Position numbers and translations under genes: made by a program
Assembly: GCA_965197905.1 (NCBI GenBank)
Contig: CBDAOB010000002.1
Coordinates: 224,001-288,000, forward strand
DNA length: 64,000 nt
Direction: 5' to 3'
Source of the DNA: Candidatus Latescibacterota bacterium
Lineage (GTDB): Bacteria > Latescibacterota > UBA2968 > UBA8231
The notes under the pieces: generated by a model
The model's database searches: none
Told to the model about the DNA's origin: nothing
What the model saw: the letters and a program-made list of their open reading frames with translations, nothing else
Shown: piece by piece, positions 1 to 9,359 of the stretch
Layout: each line of letters begins with the position of its first letter
Position numbering within the stretch: position 1 is the stretch's first letter

Positions 1-234
1 CTCGACGACGGCCTGCTGAACGTTATTGGCTTCGGGTTCCCATAGATAGATCAGGTCGATGTCAATGATGACAACGGTTTCGCTGCCGTCACTCAGCGCC
101 AGTGCCGTCGCCCACAACGGGAGATCGATGCCAGCCGCCCGTTGGTGGGTCTGGGCGCCCCAGCCGGCATGGGCGATACCCGAGGGAGGCGTGATATCGA
201 TACGGGCGACGCCGGCGGCTAGTTGCGGTTTCAA
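1..234 (-). CDS. Neutral/alkaline ceramidase N-terminal-domain-like hydrolase, 5' part (runs off the window)
   Basis: Not in the ORF track. My translation reads MKPQLAAGVARIDITPPSGIAHAGWGAQTHQRAAGIDLPLWATALALSDG. The AG..RIDITPP start is typical of this family, and the TTG start overlaps the upstream TGA. Confidence 0.65.
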   Translation of the reverse strand, partial: MKPQLAAGVARIDITPPSGIAHAGWGAQTHQRAAGIDLPLWATALALSDGSETVVIIDIDLIYLWEPEANNVQQAVVE

Positions 235-911
235 AAGTAGATCCACTCCTCGCCCTGCGGATACCGCCACCAGTAGGATTCATCGTTGGTGGCGCGCCAC
301 TGCTCGAACTGCTGCCGGGGTGTACTCGCGCGGCGCGACTCCTCGCCCTGATGCCACATCCACATTCGAAAGACCTGCGCCATCGCCTCCACCGAGAACT
401 GTTCGAATTGTTCCTCCGCACGTTTCCGCTCGTCGGTTGAGAAGGTGCTCATCACCCTCTCGATGCTCTCGGCGGTCATATCCTGAAACGCTTGAGGGGT
501 GTCGGTATCACATCCCTGGACTCGTCGCAGCGCCACTTTGAAAACGACAAGCGGCGTCTCGCCTGGCCGTTTTCCCTCCTTCTCGCCGGGTGGCGGATCG
601 ATGAAATCGCGACGGAACGCGGCGAGATTTTCGGTCGCGGTTTGCTGGCGGGTGCTACTATATTCCTTGCCCTGTGCGAAGAGGCCCGCAGCATACACCT
701 CGGCGAGGCGTCGCGCGATGAAACTGGCATTCAGAACCGAAAACTGGTTGATGTAACTCATCAGCCGCTCTCGTTCCATGACGGTAAATCCGTCCATCAC
801 TTGCTTTGCGCTCTCGCGGAAGAGCGCATTCCATTCCGGATCGGGCGTCGCCCTGGCCAGGTAGGCCTCCAAGGCGGCGTCGAGGTGGTAGGTTGCTCCG
901 CTTTCGAGCAT
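231..911 (-). CDS. Hypothetical protein, mostly alpha-helical
   Basis: 226-aa ORF with a GGGAGG Shine-Dalgarno, tightly packed between neighbouring genes. No motif recognised. Confidence 0.7.
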   Translation of the reverse strand: MLESGATYHLDAALEAYLARATPDPEWNALFRESAKQVMDGFTVMERERLMSYINQFSVLNASFIARRLAEVYAAGLFAQGKEYSSTRQQTATENLAAFRRDFIDPPPGEKEGKRPGETPLVVFKVALRRVQGCDTDTPQAFQDMTAESIERVMSTFSTDERKRAEEQFEQFSVEAMAQVFRMWMWHQGEESRRASTPRQQFEQWRATNDESYWWRYPQGEEWIYF

Positions 912-929
912 CTGACCTCCCTCCCGTAA

Positions 930-2309
930 CTATTCCAGGGGTTCCAGGTTCTGGAGGACGGTGGGGATAAGTTCCGCCACGGTAGGATGGATGTGAACCG
1001 CGCGGGAGACGACGGTGTAAGGAAGCTTCGCGTACATTGCCGTCAGCAACGTGTGCACGACCTCGTCACCACCAATCCCCAGGATCGCGGCACCGAGAAT
1101 TTCCTCGGAGTCACCGTCCACTAGGATCTTGATGAAACCATCTGTCTCGCTGCGCTCACGGGCGCGACCAACGTTGGACATCATGCGTTTGCCGACTAGG
1201 ACTCGTCGCCCGGACTCGCGCGCTTGCTGTTCCGTAATGCCGACGCGACCGAGGGGCGGATCGACGAACAGACCGTAACAGAGAATGCGATCGCTGGCAC
1301 GCCGTGGATCGTCGTCGAACAGGTTGGCAGCGACGATCTCGTAGTCGTTGTACGAGGTGTGGGTGAAAGCGCCTCTGCCGTTGCAGTCACCCATCGCCCA
1401 GATACCCGGCACATTGGTACGCAGCTCATCATCGACCCGCACGAAACCCCGGTCATCGACTTCGACGCCAGCCTTCTCCAGACCCAGGTCTGCCGTGTTG
1501 GGGACGCGACCAATCGCCAACAGCACGTGAGAACCGACGACGTCAGGGGGGCCCTCCTTGCACAAAACTCCCGCAGCGATCGCATCGCTCTGCTTCGCAA
1601 AGCTAATGCACTCCGCGTTGAGCCGGACGTGAATACCCTCGCTCTCAAGAATCTCCCTGACCGATTCGGACACGTCTTCGTCATCCCGTCCGATGAGCCG
1701 ATCACCTCTATCAACCACCGTCACCTGGCTGCCGAAACGGCGGTAGATCTGGGCAAACTCCAGGCCGATGTAGCTGCCGCCGATGATGATTAGATGCTCG
1801 GGCAGGAAATCCACCTCCATCATGCTCGAGTTGGTGAGATAGTCAATCTCCTCCAGCCCCGGCATCTCGGGAGTCAATGCCCGCGTTCCAACGTTCAGGA
1901 AGATCTTGTCCGCTTCGAGTAGCTGCTCGTTGACCCGGACAGTCGTGGCTCCTTCGAACCGTCCGTGACCTCGGTAAACCGTCACGTTGGGGGTGCCCTC
2001 AAGCCATTGCTCGACGCCTTCGGTGGACGGGCGGACAATGTCGTCCTTGCGCGCCTTTACACGCTTCATGTCGACGCTGACGTGTGCCTCGAGCTCTACC
2101 CCGAAGTCCGCAGCACGACGGGCCACGTGCGCCGCTCGCGCGCTCGCAACCAGCGCCTTGGTGGGTGTGCAGCCGACATTGACACACGTGCCTCCGAACC
2201 GCTCTCGCTCGAGCACTGCCGTCTTCATCCCCTCTTCGGCCAGCCGGTCCGCAAGAGAAGGTCCTGACTGGCCCGTGCCGATGACGATCGCGTCGTATCT
2301 CTCTGCCAT
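930..2309 (-). CDS. FAD-dependent pyridine nucleotide-disulfide oxidoreductase (mercuric-reductase-like/Lpd-like class I)
   Basis: GTGQSG FAD motif, GGTCVNVGCTP redox disulfide, GGSYIG NAD motif, C-terminal HPTVAE. No HMA domain and no terminal Cys-Cys. Confidence 0.9.
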   Translation of the reverse strand: MAERYDAIVIGTGQSGPSLADRLAEEGMKTAVLERERFGGTCVNVGCTPTKALVASARAAHVARRAADFGVELEAHVSVDMKRVKARKDDIVRPSTEGVEQWLEGTPNVTVYRGHGRFEGATTVRVNEQLLEADKIFLNVGTRALTPEMPGLEEIDYLTNSSMMEVDFLPEHLIIIGGSYIGLEFAQIYRRFGSQVTVVDRGDRLIGRDDEDVSESVREILESEGIHVRLNAECISFAKQSDAIAAGVLCKEGPPDVVGSHVLLAIGRVPNTADLGLEKAGVEVDDRGFVRVDDELRTNVPGIWAMGDCNGRGAFTHTSYNDYEIVAANLFDDDPRRASDRILCYGLFVDPPLGRVGITEQQARESGRRVLVGKRMMSNVGRARERSETDGFIKILVDGDSEEILGAAILGIGGDEVVHTLLTAMYAKLPYTVVSRAVHIHPTVAELIPTVLQNLEPLE

Positions 2310-2560
2310 GACGGATTCTCCCAATTCTCAGGCTACAAATGCAAGGTTAATTATCCACGTCTAATGACAGCGCTGAACCTACCAGATCTTCCTGGTGCAT
2401 GTTCACTGCCTCGATATATTGACGATTACTAGTGCCACCTTGGTTCCGCCTCCGAGCTTGTGGATACCGGCGGAGGCGAACACCAAGATACAACATCAAA
2501 AAGGAATAGCGACTCTATCGCGAATTTGACTGAGGAGCACCATGGATCAAGGAGAGCTCT

Positions 2561-3683
2561 GTGATCAACACTCAGACGGACGTTGTCGGTAGTCTGCTGC
2601 GTCCGCCGTATCTGCTGCAGGCTCGTCAGAAGCTGACCCGGGGCGCCATATCCAGCAGCGACTTCAAAAAGATCGAGGACCGCGCCGTGGACGAGGCCGT
2701 TTTTCTGCAGGAGGAGGCGGGTCTTGCCGTAGTCACTGACGGCGAGATGCGTCGCCTGTCCTTTCAGAGCCAGTTGCCGGAGGCAGTCGACGGCTTCGGC
2801 AGCTTTGACCTGGACGCCTTTTTGTGGGGCGACTGGCGCGGTGGGGACATGGACGACAAGAGCATCGCGCGCCCGCAACGGCTCGGTGTGGTTGACCGCC
2901 TCAGGCGGCGGCGTAGTCTGTGCGCCGAGGAGCTGACCTATCTCAGGAGTCGCACGGAGCGCATCGCTAAGGTTAGCCTGCCCAGCCCCAGCTTGTGGGC
3001 TAACTTCTGGTCGGCAGAGCTCTCCGGCCATGTCTATCCAACCCTAGATTCCTTTCTCGCCGATGTAACCGCCATCCTGCGCGACGAAGTCGACGAGCTG
3101 GTGCGCCTCGGCGCCACCTACATTCAGCTGGACGCGCCGCATTACCCGCTGTTGCTGGACGAACAGACCCGCGCCTTCTACGAGTCGCGCGGCTGGACAC
3201 TGGAGCGCTGGCTGTCGGCCGGTATCGAGCTCGATAACGCTGTAGTAGCGGGGTTTGCCGAGCGGGGTGTGACCTTCGGTATGCACCTGTGCCGGGGGAA
3301 CCAGGGGAGCCGCTGGCTGGTGGGGCGACTACGAGGGCATAGCCCGGCACATCTTTGGTGCCGTCGACGTGCAGCGACTGCTACTGGAGTACGACGACGA
3401 CCGCTCGGGCGGCTTCGAATCGCTGCGCCACGTACCTGCCGACCGAACAGTCGTACTAGGGCTGGTAACGACGAAGAGCGGCCGGCTCGAATCGACAGAC
3501 GATTTGACCGCCCGCATTCGCGATGCTGGCCGATTTTTTCCTCTCGAGCAACTCGCTCTCAGCCCCCAGTGCGGCTTCGCCAGCTCCGTGGTCGGCAACC
3601 AATTGTCCGCCGACGAACAGCGCGACAAGCTGCGCCTGGTGACTCAGACGGCCGCCGCCGTATGGGCGGATCTGGAGTCCTGA
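2561..3683 (+). pseudogene. Cobalamin-independent methionine synthase II family protein (YxjG/YxjH-like), frameshifted near 3322-3326; may be a sequencing error
   Basis: VGSLLRP, TDGEMRR, YIQLDAP and HLCRGN lie in one frame. The sequence continues in another frame as GDYEGIARHIF..LLLEYDDDRSG..LALSPQCGFAS, completing the His/Cys/Glu/Cys zinc ligands. Confidence 0.85.
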
Positions 3684-3715
3684 CGGCACCAGTTTCTGGT
3701 CCTGGCGGTAACCCG

Positions 3716-5203
3716 TTAGAAAACGGCTCCCGTGGAAACCCGCAGGCGCCTGCGAATCACCTGGGAAACCGTGTCGATTCCTATGTTGAGGATCGCTGTT
3801 ATGAGGATCAGAAAAACAGCTTTGTCGGCTTTGTCGTCGGCTATGGCGCTGTCGATGAAGAAGCCGAGCGTGTAGATGCCGAGAATACCGAGGATCGCCG
3901 ATTCGCGCATCATCACCTCCCAACGGTAGAACAGAAGGGCGAGGAACTGGCCATACACCCGCGGCAGGATTTCGAAAAAAAAGCGGTTGGCTTTCTTCAC
4001 CGACCCGTCCATGCGTAGCTGTAGCAGGTTGGCTTTCTGACCGATCAGGTGGGAGAGAATGGCGCCGTTGTGCAGCATGATGGCCAGAATGGCGGGCAGC
4101 ATGGACGGTCCCCACAGCTGCAGGAAAGCGTAAGCCAGGATATACTCGGGAGTGGTGCGCATGACGATGAGGAATAAATGGGAGAACCCGCGGAATCGGC
4201 GCCGCCGGACAAGATGACGGCAAACCGCTCCGAAGAACACGAGAGTAAATAGCCCGGTACCGACCAGCACGACCTGGGTCAGTACCACCGTGTTCCATAT
4301 GCCCGGCAACGCCTCGTTCCGTGCGATCTCCACGCCCCACTCCCACACCCCGGCCAACGACAGGGAGATATCGCCACTGCCGTCGAGGAAACCGTCGCGA
4401 CGCATGGGCCAGGGCAGGATCTCGTATCCCAGAAAGCGCTTGATATTAACCCAGGAGATATTGATCCGTGTCGAGATCAGCGCAAAAGACGCGGCCACGT
4501 AGAGGAGCACGAGCTTTGGTTTGACGCAAAAGCGGAGCGAGGCGATGAGCAGATAGAAGACGTAGAGCAGAATCGCCGCTTCGGCGTAGAGTCCTTCCCT
4601 GAAGGCGGTCTCGAGATGGAACCCCAAAGTAGGAAGACCGATGAAGCCGAGGATAGCCGACGATCGCAGGGCGCACTCCAGCCGATAGGACGTGTACTGC
4701 TTCACCTCGCTGTAGATTACGGGCAAAACGCCGTAGAAGAAACGGCTGAGGAGCCCGGTATGCAGCGGCAAGCCCTTGACGGGTGTCTGATCGGCCTCCT
4801 GCAGGATCTCGGCGTAGACCTTGGCGAAGACCCCGGCGTAGGGAATGCCGATGGCCAGCACACCGCACATCGGGTTGAGACCCACCACCGGTAGGAAGAG
4901 AAAAGCCCAAAAAATCTCGTGAATAGCGCGGATAAAATTGCAAAACAGGCGCACGGCAGTGAACCGAAAGAAGAGCGCCAGGACACTGCCCATGCTCACG
5001 CCCAGAGCAATGCCGCAAAAGGCAAAGGTCACCGTATTTAGCAACGCCTCGCGAACCGTGTAGAGAATCTGCACGTCCGGACTCAAGAAACCGGCAGCGA
5101 TGCGGCGCATCTCGCTCCAGGGCTCGAGAGCCGGCACCTCGATGTCGGCAAGCGCGAGACATACAAGCGCGATAGCTAGGAACGACAGACTCACTCGGAG
5201 CAT
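3716..5203 (-). CDS. ABC transporter permease, PhnE/PtxC family, two fused permease domains
   Basis: Hydrophobic 495-aa ORF with a duplicated motif (YRLECALRSSAILGFIG and YRWEVMMRESAILGILG). Confidence 0.9.
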   Translation of the reverse strand: MLRVSLSFLAIALVCLALADIEVPALEPWSEMRRIAAGFLSPDVQILYTVREALLNTVTFAFCGIALGVSMGSVLALFFRFTAVRLFCNFIRAIHEIFWAFLFLPVVGLNPMCGVLAIGIPYAGVFAKVYAEILQEADQTPVKGLPLHTGLLSRFFYGVLPVIYSEVKQYTSYRLECALRSSAILGFIGLPTLGFHLETAFREGLYAEAAILLYVFYLLIASLRFCVKPKLVLLYVAASFALISTRINISWVNIKRFLGYEILPWPMRRDGFLDGSGDISLSLAGVWEWGVEIARNEALPGIWNTVVLTQVVLVGTGLFTLVFFGAVCRHLVRRRRFRGFSHLFLIVMRTTPEYILAYAFLQLWGPSMLPAILAIMLHNGAILSHLIGQKANLLQLRMDGSVKKANRFFFEILPRVYGQFLALLFYRWEVMMRESAILGILGIYTLGFFIDSAIADDKADKAVFLILITAILNIGIDTVSQVIRRRLRVSTGAVF

Positions 5204-5242
5204 GTGTTTAGGTGGGTGTCGGCGTGGGCGTCCGGGAGGCGC

Positions 5243-5896
5243 TTAGTCTCGGCGATAGAGCTCGACCAGCGTATCCTCACCCACTTCCTCTGAGGGTAGA
5301 TCCAGCACCACACTGCCTTCGCGCAGGCCGATTATGCGAGGAAAGGTAGCCAGTGCCAGCTGCACATCGTGCATGGCGAGCACGACGGTGTCGGCACTCT
5401 TCTTGATAACGCCCAGCAGCCCGCCTGCCTGGTGGGGATCGATGGCGGAGACCGGTTCGTCGCCCAGAATGATGCTGCTCTGGCGATAGATGGCGCGCCC
5501 CACCGCGATACGCTGCTGCTGGCCGCCCGACAGCGTGTCCACCCGAGCGAATATCTTGTCCTCCATGCCGATGGCTCGGAAGACAGGTGTAATGCTCGCC
5601 AAGGCCCGCTTCTGGGGTCTGACGAGATTTTGCAGATTCTGGGCGACCGAGTTCTGGTCGAGACGTCCGGCGTAGACATTGTGAAACGCCGACAGCTGCG
5701 GTACCAGGGCGTAGTCCTGGTGGATGAAGGCGGACTGGCTTGATCGCAGCGCGTAGAGCTTCTTCAGAAGAGTCGATTTGCCGGCGCCGCTGGCGCCGAT
5801 GATGACGACCTTCTCACCTTCGCGGATGCGCAGCGAGATGTCTTCCAGGACCGGCGTATCGTCATAGCCGACGCTGACATTCTCGAGGTCGTACAT
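5243..5896 (-). CDS. ABC transporter ATP-binding protein (PhnC-like)
   Basis: Walker A GASGAGKS, signature LSGGQQQR, Walker B ILGDEP, H-loop. Confidence 0.93.
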   Translation of the reverse strand: MYDLENVSVGYDDTPVLEDISLRIREGEKVVIIGASGAGKSTLLKKLYALRSSQSAFIHQDYALVPQLSAFHNVYAGRLDQNSVAQNLQNLVRPQKRALASITPVFRAIGMEDKIFARVDTLSGGQQQRIAVGRAIYRQSSIILGDEPVSAIDPHQAGGLLGVIKKSADTVVLAMHDVQLALATFPRIIGLREGSVVLDLPSEEVGEDTLVELYRRD

Positions 5897-5910
5897 CCAC
5901 CCACCGTTCG

Positions 5911-6780
5911 TTATTGGTCGAGAACGCCTATGGCCGTACCGATCTCGAGTATTGGGGCGTACATCGAGTTATCGGCGGCGATGAAACTAGTACGCGGAAA
6001 GGAATCGAGGAGCTCCCGTTCCCTCATGCCTATAAACGCCTGTCGCACCTTATCGGTGAACCCGACGCCGTATCTATCGTCGACGTCACCCCTGATGCTC
6101 CAGTTGTAGTCGGGATAGGTAGGGGTGCTCCAGATTATCTTGACCCTCGTAGAGTCGACCTTGCCCGCTTTCACCTCATTCTCCCACACTTTGTAGTTCA
6201 AGGCGCCTACTTCGTAACTGCCGGACTGCACGAGAGCCAGCGTCTTTGAATGGTCGCCGCTGAAGCCGACGCGCTTGAACACCTGATCAGGAGCCTTATC
6301 GAAATGCTTGCGAATGTAGTACTCGGGCATCAACCTGCCCGAGGTCGAGCCCTTTGAGCCGAATGTGAAGGTATGCCCCGCGATGGCCGCCGGGAACGAC
6401 TGGGAGGCGTCTAACCCTGTCGAAGTGTTGGCGATGAAGTAGGTGACGAACCGCTGGTCTTCCTCCCCCTGCGCGATGGCCACGGAACCGGGCACCGAGC
6501 GTCGCGCTTTGACGCCGGCAAGGCCGCCGAACCAGGCCAGCTGAACTTCGTTGTTCTTGAATGCCGCGACGGCTGCCGCATATGACTTCACCGGAACATA
6601 CTCCATGGCGACGCCCGTTTTCTGAGACAAATAAACGGCCACCTTGTCGAAACGCTCCTTGAGGCGCGCCGTGTTCTCGTCGGGTATGGCCGTGAAGCGA
6701 AACCTCTCCTCTGCCCCCAGCGCGGGCGCGACGAAAAGCAATAGACAAACGACCAGAGATTTGACGATCGGCGAATTCAA
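5911..6780 (-). CDS. PhnD-like substrate-binding protein, putative selenate ABC transporter subfamily
   Basis: Signal peptide, then FTAIPDEN..ERF, LAWFGGL.GV.AR, FGSKGSTSGRLMP, GFSGDH and TPTYPDYNW. AAGGAG precedes the TTG at 6780. Lies next to senAB. Confidence 0.8.
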   Translation of the reverse strand: MNSPIVKSLVVCLLLFVAPALGAEERFRFTAIPDENTARLKERFDKVAVYLSQKTGVAMEYVPVKSYAAAVAAFKNNEVQLAWFGGLAGVKARRSVPGSVAIAQGEEDQRFVTYFIANTSTGLDASQSFPAAIAGHTFTFGSKGSTSGRLMPEYYIRKHFDKAPDQVFKRVGFSGDHSKTLALVQSGSYEVGALNYKVWENEVKAGKVDSTRVKIIWSTPTYPDYNWSIRGDVDDRYGVGFTDKVRQAFIGMRERELLDSFPRTSFIAADNSMYAPILEIGTAIGVLDQ

Positions 6781-6993
6781 GAATGACTCCTTATGAACGA
6801 TGGCCGTAGGCGAATGCAACTTTGATGCTTGCCAGCCCGTTTCTACACGAATTCTAGATGATCCAATCGCGGGAAATTAACCGTGTGCCCCGACCGCCGC
6901 AAGACGCCGGTTGCGGCGCTTGATCGCGCTGTAGCCGCGCGTTATACTGGCTTTTCGGACGCTAAGTTCAGGACCCTATTTGCCCGGAACAAG

Positions 6994-8298
6994 ATGGATA
7001 TCACGGCAGTTGCTTCGGTACCGCAGTTGCGCGAGTGGGTCGAGGATGCACGCCAGCGCACCTTCGAGCTCGTTGGTGATCTGACCGACGAACAGCTCAT
7101 GGGCCCGCAACTCTCCGTCGTCAACCCCGGATTGTGGGAGATGGGGCACCACGCCTGGTTCCAGTCGTTCTGGACGCTGCGGCATGCCGGTGGACAGCCG
7201 CCGGTGCTCGACGACGAGGACGCGTTATACGACTCGATGGCCGTCGCCCACGACAGTCGTTGGGACCTTCCCCTGCCGAGCCGCGAGGAGACGGTGGCCT
7301 ACATGCGCGAGGTGCAGAGCCGCGTGCTCGCGCTTCTCGACGACGAGCCTTCAGACGAGCTGCTCTATCATGCTTTATACAGCACGTTGCACGAGGACAT
7401 GCATACTGAGGCGATTACCTATACGCGACAGACGCACGGCTATCCGGCGCCACGCCTGGCCGTCACTTTGGCAGACCACCCGGCTGAAGGCGGCACTCTG
7501 CCCGGCGATGCGGAGGTGCCGGGTGGCGCCTTTATGCTGGGCTCGACACAGGACGAACCCTTCGTCTTCGACAACGAGAAGTGGGCTCACCGGGTTGAGC
7601 TGCAGCCTTTCCGCATCGCCAGGGTCGCGGTGACTCAGGCCGAGTACGCCACCTTCATCGACGATGGTGGCTATGCCAAGCAGCCGTACTGGAGCGACGC
7701 CGGGTGGAAATGGCGCTGCGAAGCGGGCGCCGAAGGCCATGTGTATTTCGGAAAAAACGCCAACGGTGTCTGGCAGCGGCGCCACTTCGATCGGTGGGTC
7801 GATCTCGAGCCGCACCGCGCCGTCATCCACGTGAACTGGTACGAAGCGGACGCCTATTGCAGCTGGGCGGGCAGACGGCTGCCCACCGAGGCGGAGTGGG
7901 AGGCGGCGGCGGTGGCCGATGTCTCGGGCGGAACACTGGGCGAACGCGTCGGGACATTTCCATGGGGTGACACCAAGCCAGATCGCGACAAGGCCAACCT
8001 CGACTGGCAGAGCATGGGAACCATCGACGTGGGTGCGCTGCCGGCCGGCGACAGCCCCTGCGGCTGCCGTCAAATGATCGGCAATGTGTGGGAGTGGACC
8101 GACACGGACTTCAAACCTTTTCCCGGCTTCGTCCCGGATCCGTATGCGGCGTATTCGGAACCTTGGTTCGACACCCGCAAGGTTATGCGCGGCGGCTGCT
8201 GGACAACGCGCTCCCGGCTGATTCGCACCAATTACCGCAACTTCCAGACACCCGACCGCCGCGACGTACTCACGGGTTTTCGAACCTGCGCCCTGTAG
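6994..8298 (+). CDS. senA: Selenoneine synthase SenA (EgtB-like DinB_2 plus FGE-sulfatase-domain non-heme iron enzyme)
   Basis: NPGLWEMGHHAWFQ, iron motif HEDMHTE, FDNEKWAH, RLPTEAEWE, GNVWEW, YRNF..PDRRD..GFR. Directly upstream of senB. Confidence 0.88.
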   Translation: MDITAVASVPQLREWVEDARQRTFELVGDLTDEQLMGPQLSVVNPGLWEMGHHAWFQSFWTLRHAGGQPPVLDDEDALYDSMAVAHDSRWDLPLPSREETVAYMREVQSRVLALLDDEPSDELLYHALYSTLHEDMHTEAITYTRQTHGYPAPRLAVTLADHPAEGGTLPGDAEVPGGAFMLGSTQDEPFVFDNEKWAHRVELQPFRIARVAVTQAEYATFIDDGGYAKQPYWSDAGWKWRCEAGAEGHVYFGKNANGVWQRRHFDRWVDLEPHRAVIHVNWYEADAYCSWAGRRLPTEAEWEAAAVADVSGGTLGERVGTFPWGDTKPDRDKANLDWQSMGTIDVGALPAGDSPCGCRQMIGNVWEWTDTDFKPFPGFVPDPYAAYSEPWFDTRKVMRGGCWTTRSRLIRTNYRNFQTPDRRDVLTGFRTCAL

Positions 8299-8364
8299 GC
8301 CACTGCAAATCGCAGTCGGTCCCACTCCCCGGCCTGAAGCCGACGCCATTGAAAGCCAGCTGCC

Positions 8365-9330
8365 GTGAGGATTCTCATCGTCACACCCGCGCCGCCGCGT
8401 TCGCGCAAGGGGAACCGCGTCACCGCTCTAAGCTGGTCGAGGATCCTCCGCGACCTGGGGCACCGGGTGAATGTGGTCGAGGCGTTCCATCGCCAGCGCT
8501 GCGATCTGATGATCGCCCTGCACGCTCAGCGTAGCTACCCGTCCGTCGAACGCTTCCGCCGACTGCGGCCGCAACTACCGCTAGTGCTCGCCTTGACGGG
8601 CACCGACCTCTACAGCGACATCCACTCGTCCGCTCAGGCGCGCCAAGCCCTCGACCTGTCCGACAGACTCATCGTCCTGCAGCCGCGGGGCATCGAGGAG
8701 CTGCCGCTCCACCTGCACCCCAGGACTCGCGTGATCTATCAGTCCATCAGCGCCCCTCCGGGCCGGTTCAGACCAAGACGGGACACCTTCGAAATCTGTG
8801 TCGTCGGCCACATGCGTCCTGTCAAAGACCCCTTTCGCACCGCCGAGGCTGCGCGTCTGTTGCCTGAGACTTCGAGGCTGAACATACTGCACATTGGGGG
8901 CGCGCTGAGCACGGACATGGAGCGGCGCGCCGTCTCCGAGGCGGCCACCAACCCGCGCTACCGCTGGCTTGGCGAGTTGTCGCGCGGCCAGGCGATACGC
9001 GCCATGGCCAGATGCCGACTGCTGGTGCTGACATCCGAGATGGAGGGCGGTGCCAACGTAGTCTGCGAAGCGCTGGTCTGCGGCGTCCCGTTGGTGTCGT
9101 CTCACATCGCCGGCTCCATCGGACTGTTGGGAGAGGACTACCCGGGTTATTTTCCGGTCGGCGATACCGCGGCCTTGGCTGCGCTGCTAAACCGGTGCGA
9201 AACCGACACCGGCTTTTACAATAGCCTGAGGGAACGCTGCATCCTACTGGCGGGCGTCCTGGACCCGGCAGACGAGCGCCGCCGCTGGGCGTCGTTGTTG
9301 CAGGAGCTGTCCGTCGACAGAGCCATCTGA
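8365..9330 (+). CDS. senB: Selenosugar synthase SenB (GT-B glycosyltransferase)
   Basis: Diagnostic N-terminus IVTPAPPRSRKGNRVTA..W, plus ALHA, LTGTDLY, GHMRPVKDPF and SEMEGGANV. Confidence 0.92.
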   Translation: MRILIVTPAPPRSRKGNRVTALSWSRILRDLGHRVNVVEAFHRQRCDLMIALHAQRSYPSVERFRRLRPQLPLVLALTGTDLYSDIHSSAQARQALDLSDRLIVLQPRGIEELPLHLHPRTRVIYQSISAPPGRFRPRRDTFEICVVGHMRPVKDPFRTAEAARLLPETSRLNILHIGGALSTDMERRAVSEAATNPRYRWLGELSRGQAIRAMARCRLLVLTSEMEGGANVVCEALVCGVPLVSSHIAGSIGLLGEDYPGYFPVGDTAALAALLNRCETDTGFYNSLRERCILLAGVLDPADERRRWASLLQELSVDRAI

Positions 9331-9359
9331 CGCCTACAAATATGGAGCACCCAGTCTTC

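Noticed and set aside
930..2309. Mercuric reductase MerA / mercury resistance
   Set aside because: No N-terminal HMA domain, no C-terminal Cys-Cys pair and no mer genes nearby.
2561..4018. 485-aa ORF as a real fusion protein
   Set aside because: The sequence after about 3325 is out-of-frame read-through from a frameshift and overlaps the convergent permease.
3716..6780. Phosphonate transporter phnCDE
   Set aside because: No C-P lyase or ptxD genes are present. The binding-protein motifs and the senAB linkage fit the putative selenate subfamily better.
6994..8298. Ergothioneine sulfoxide synthase EgtB or a formylglycine-generating enzyme for the sulfatases
   Set aside because: It carries the DinB iron motif, lacks the FGE catalytic Cys pair and is paired with senB.
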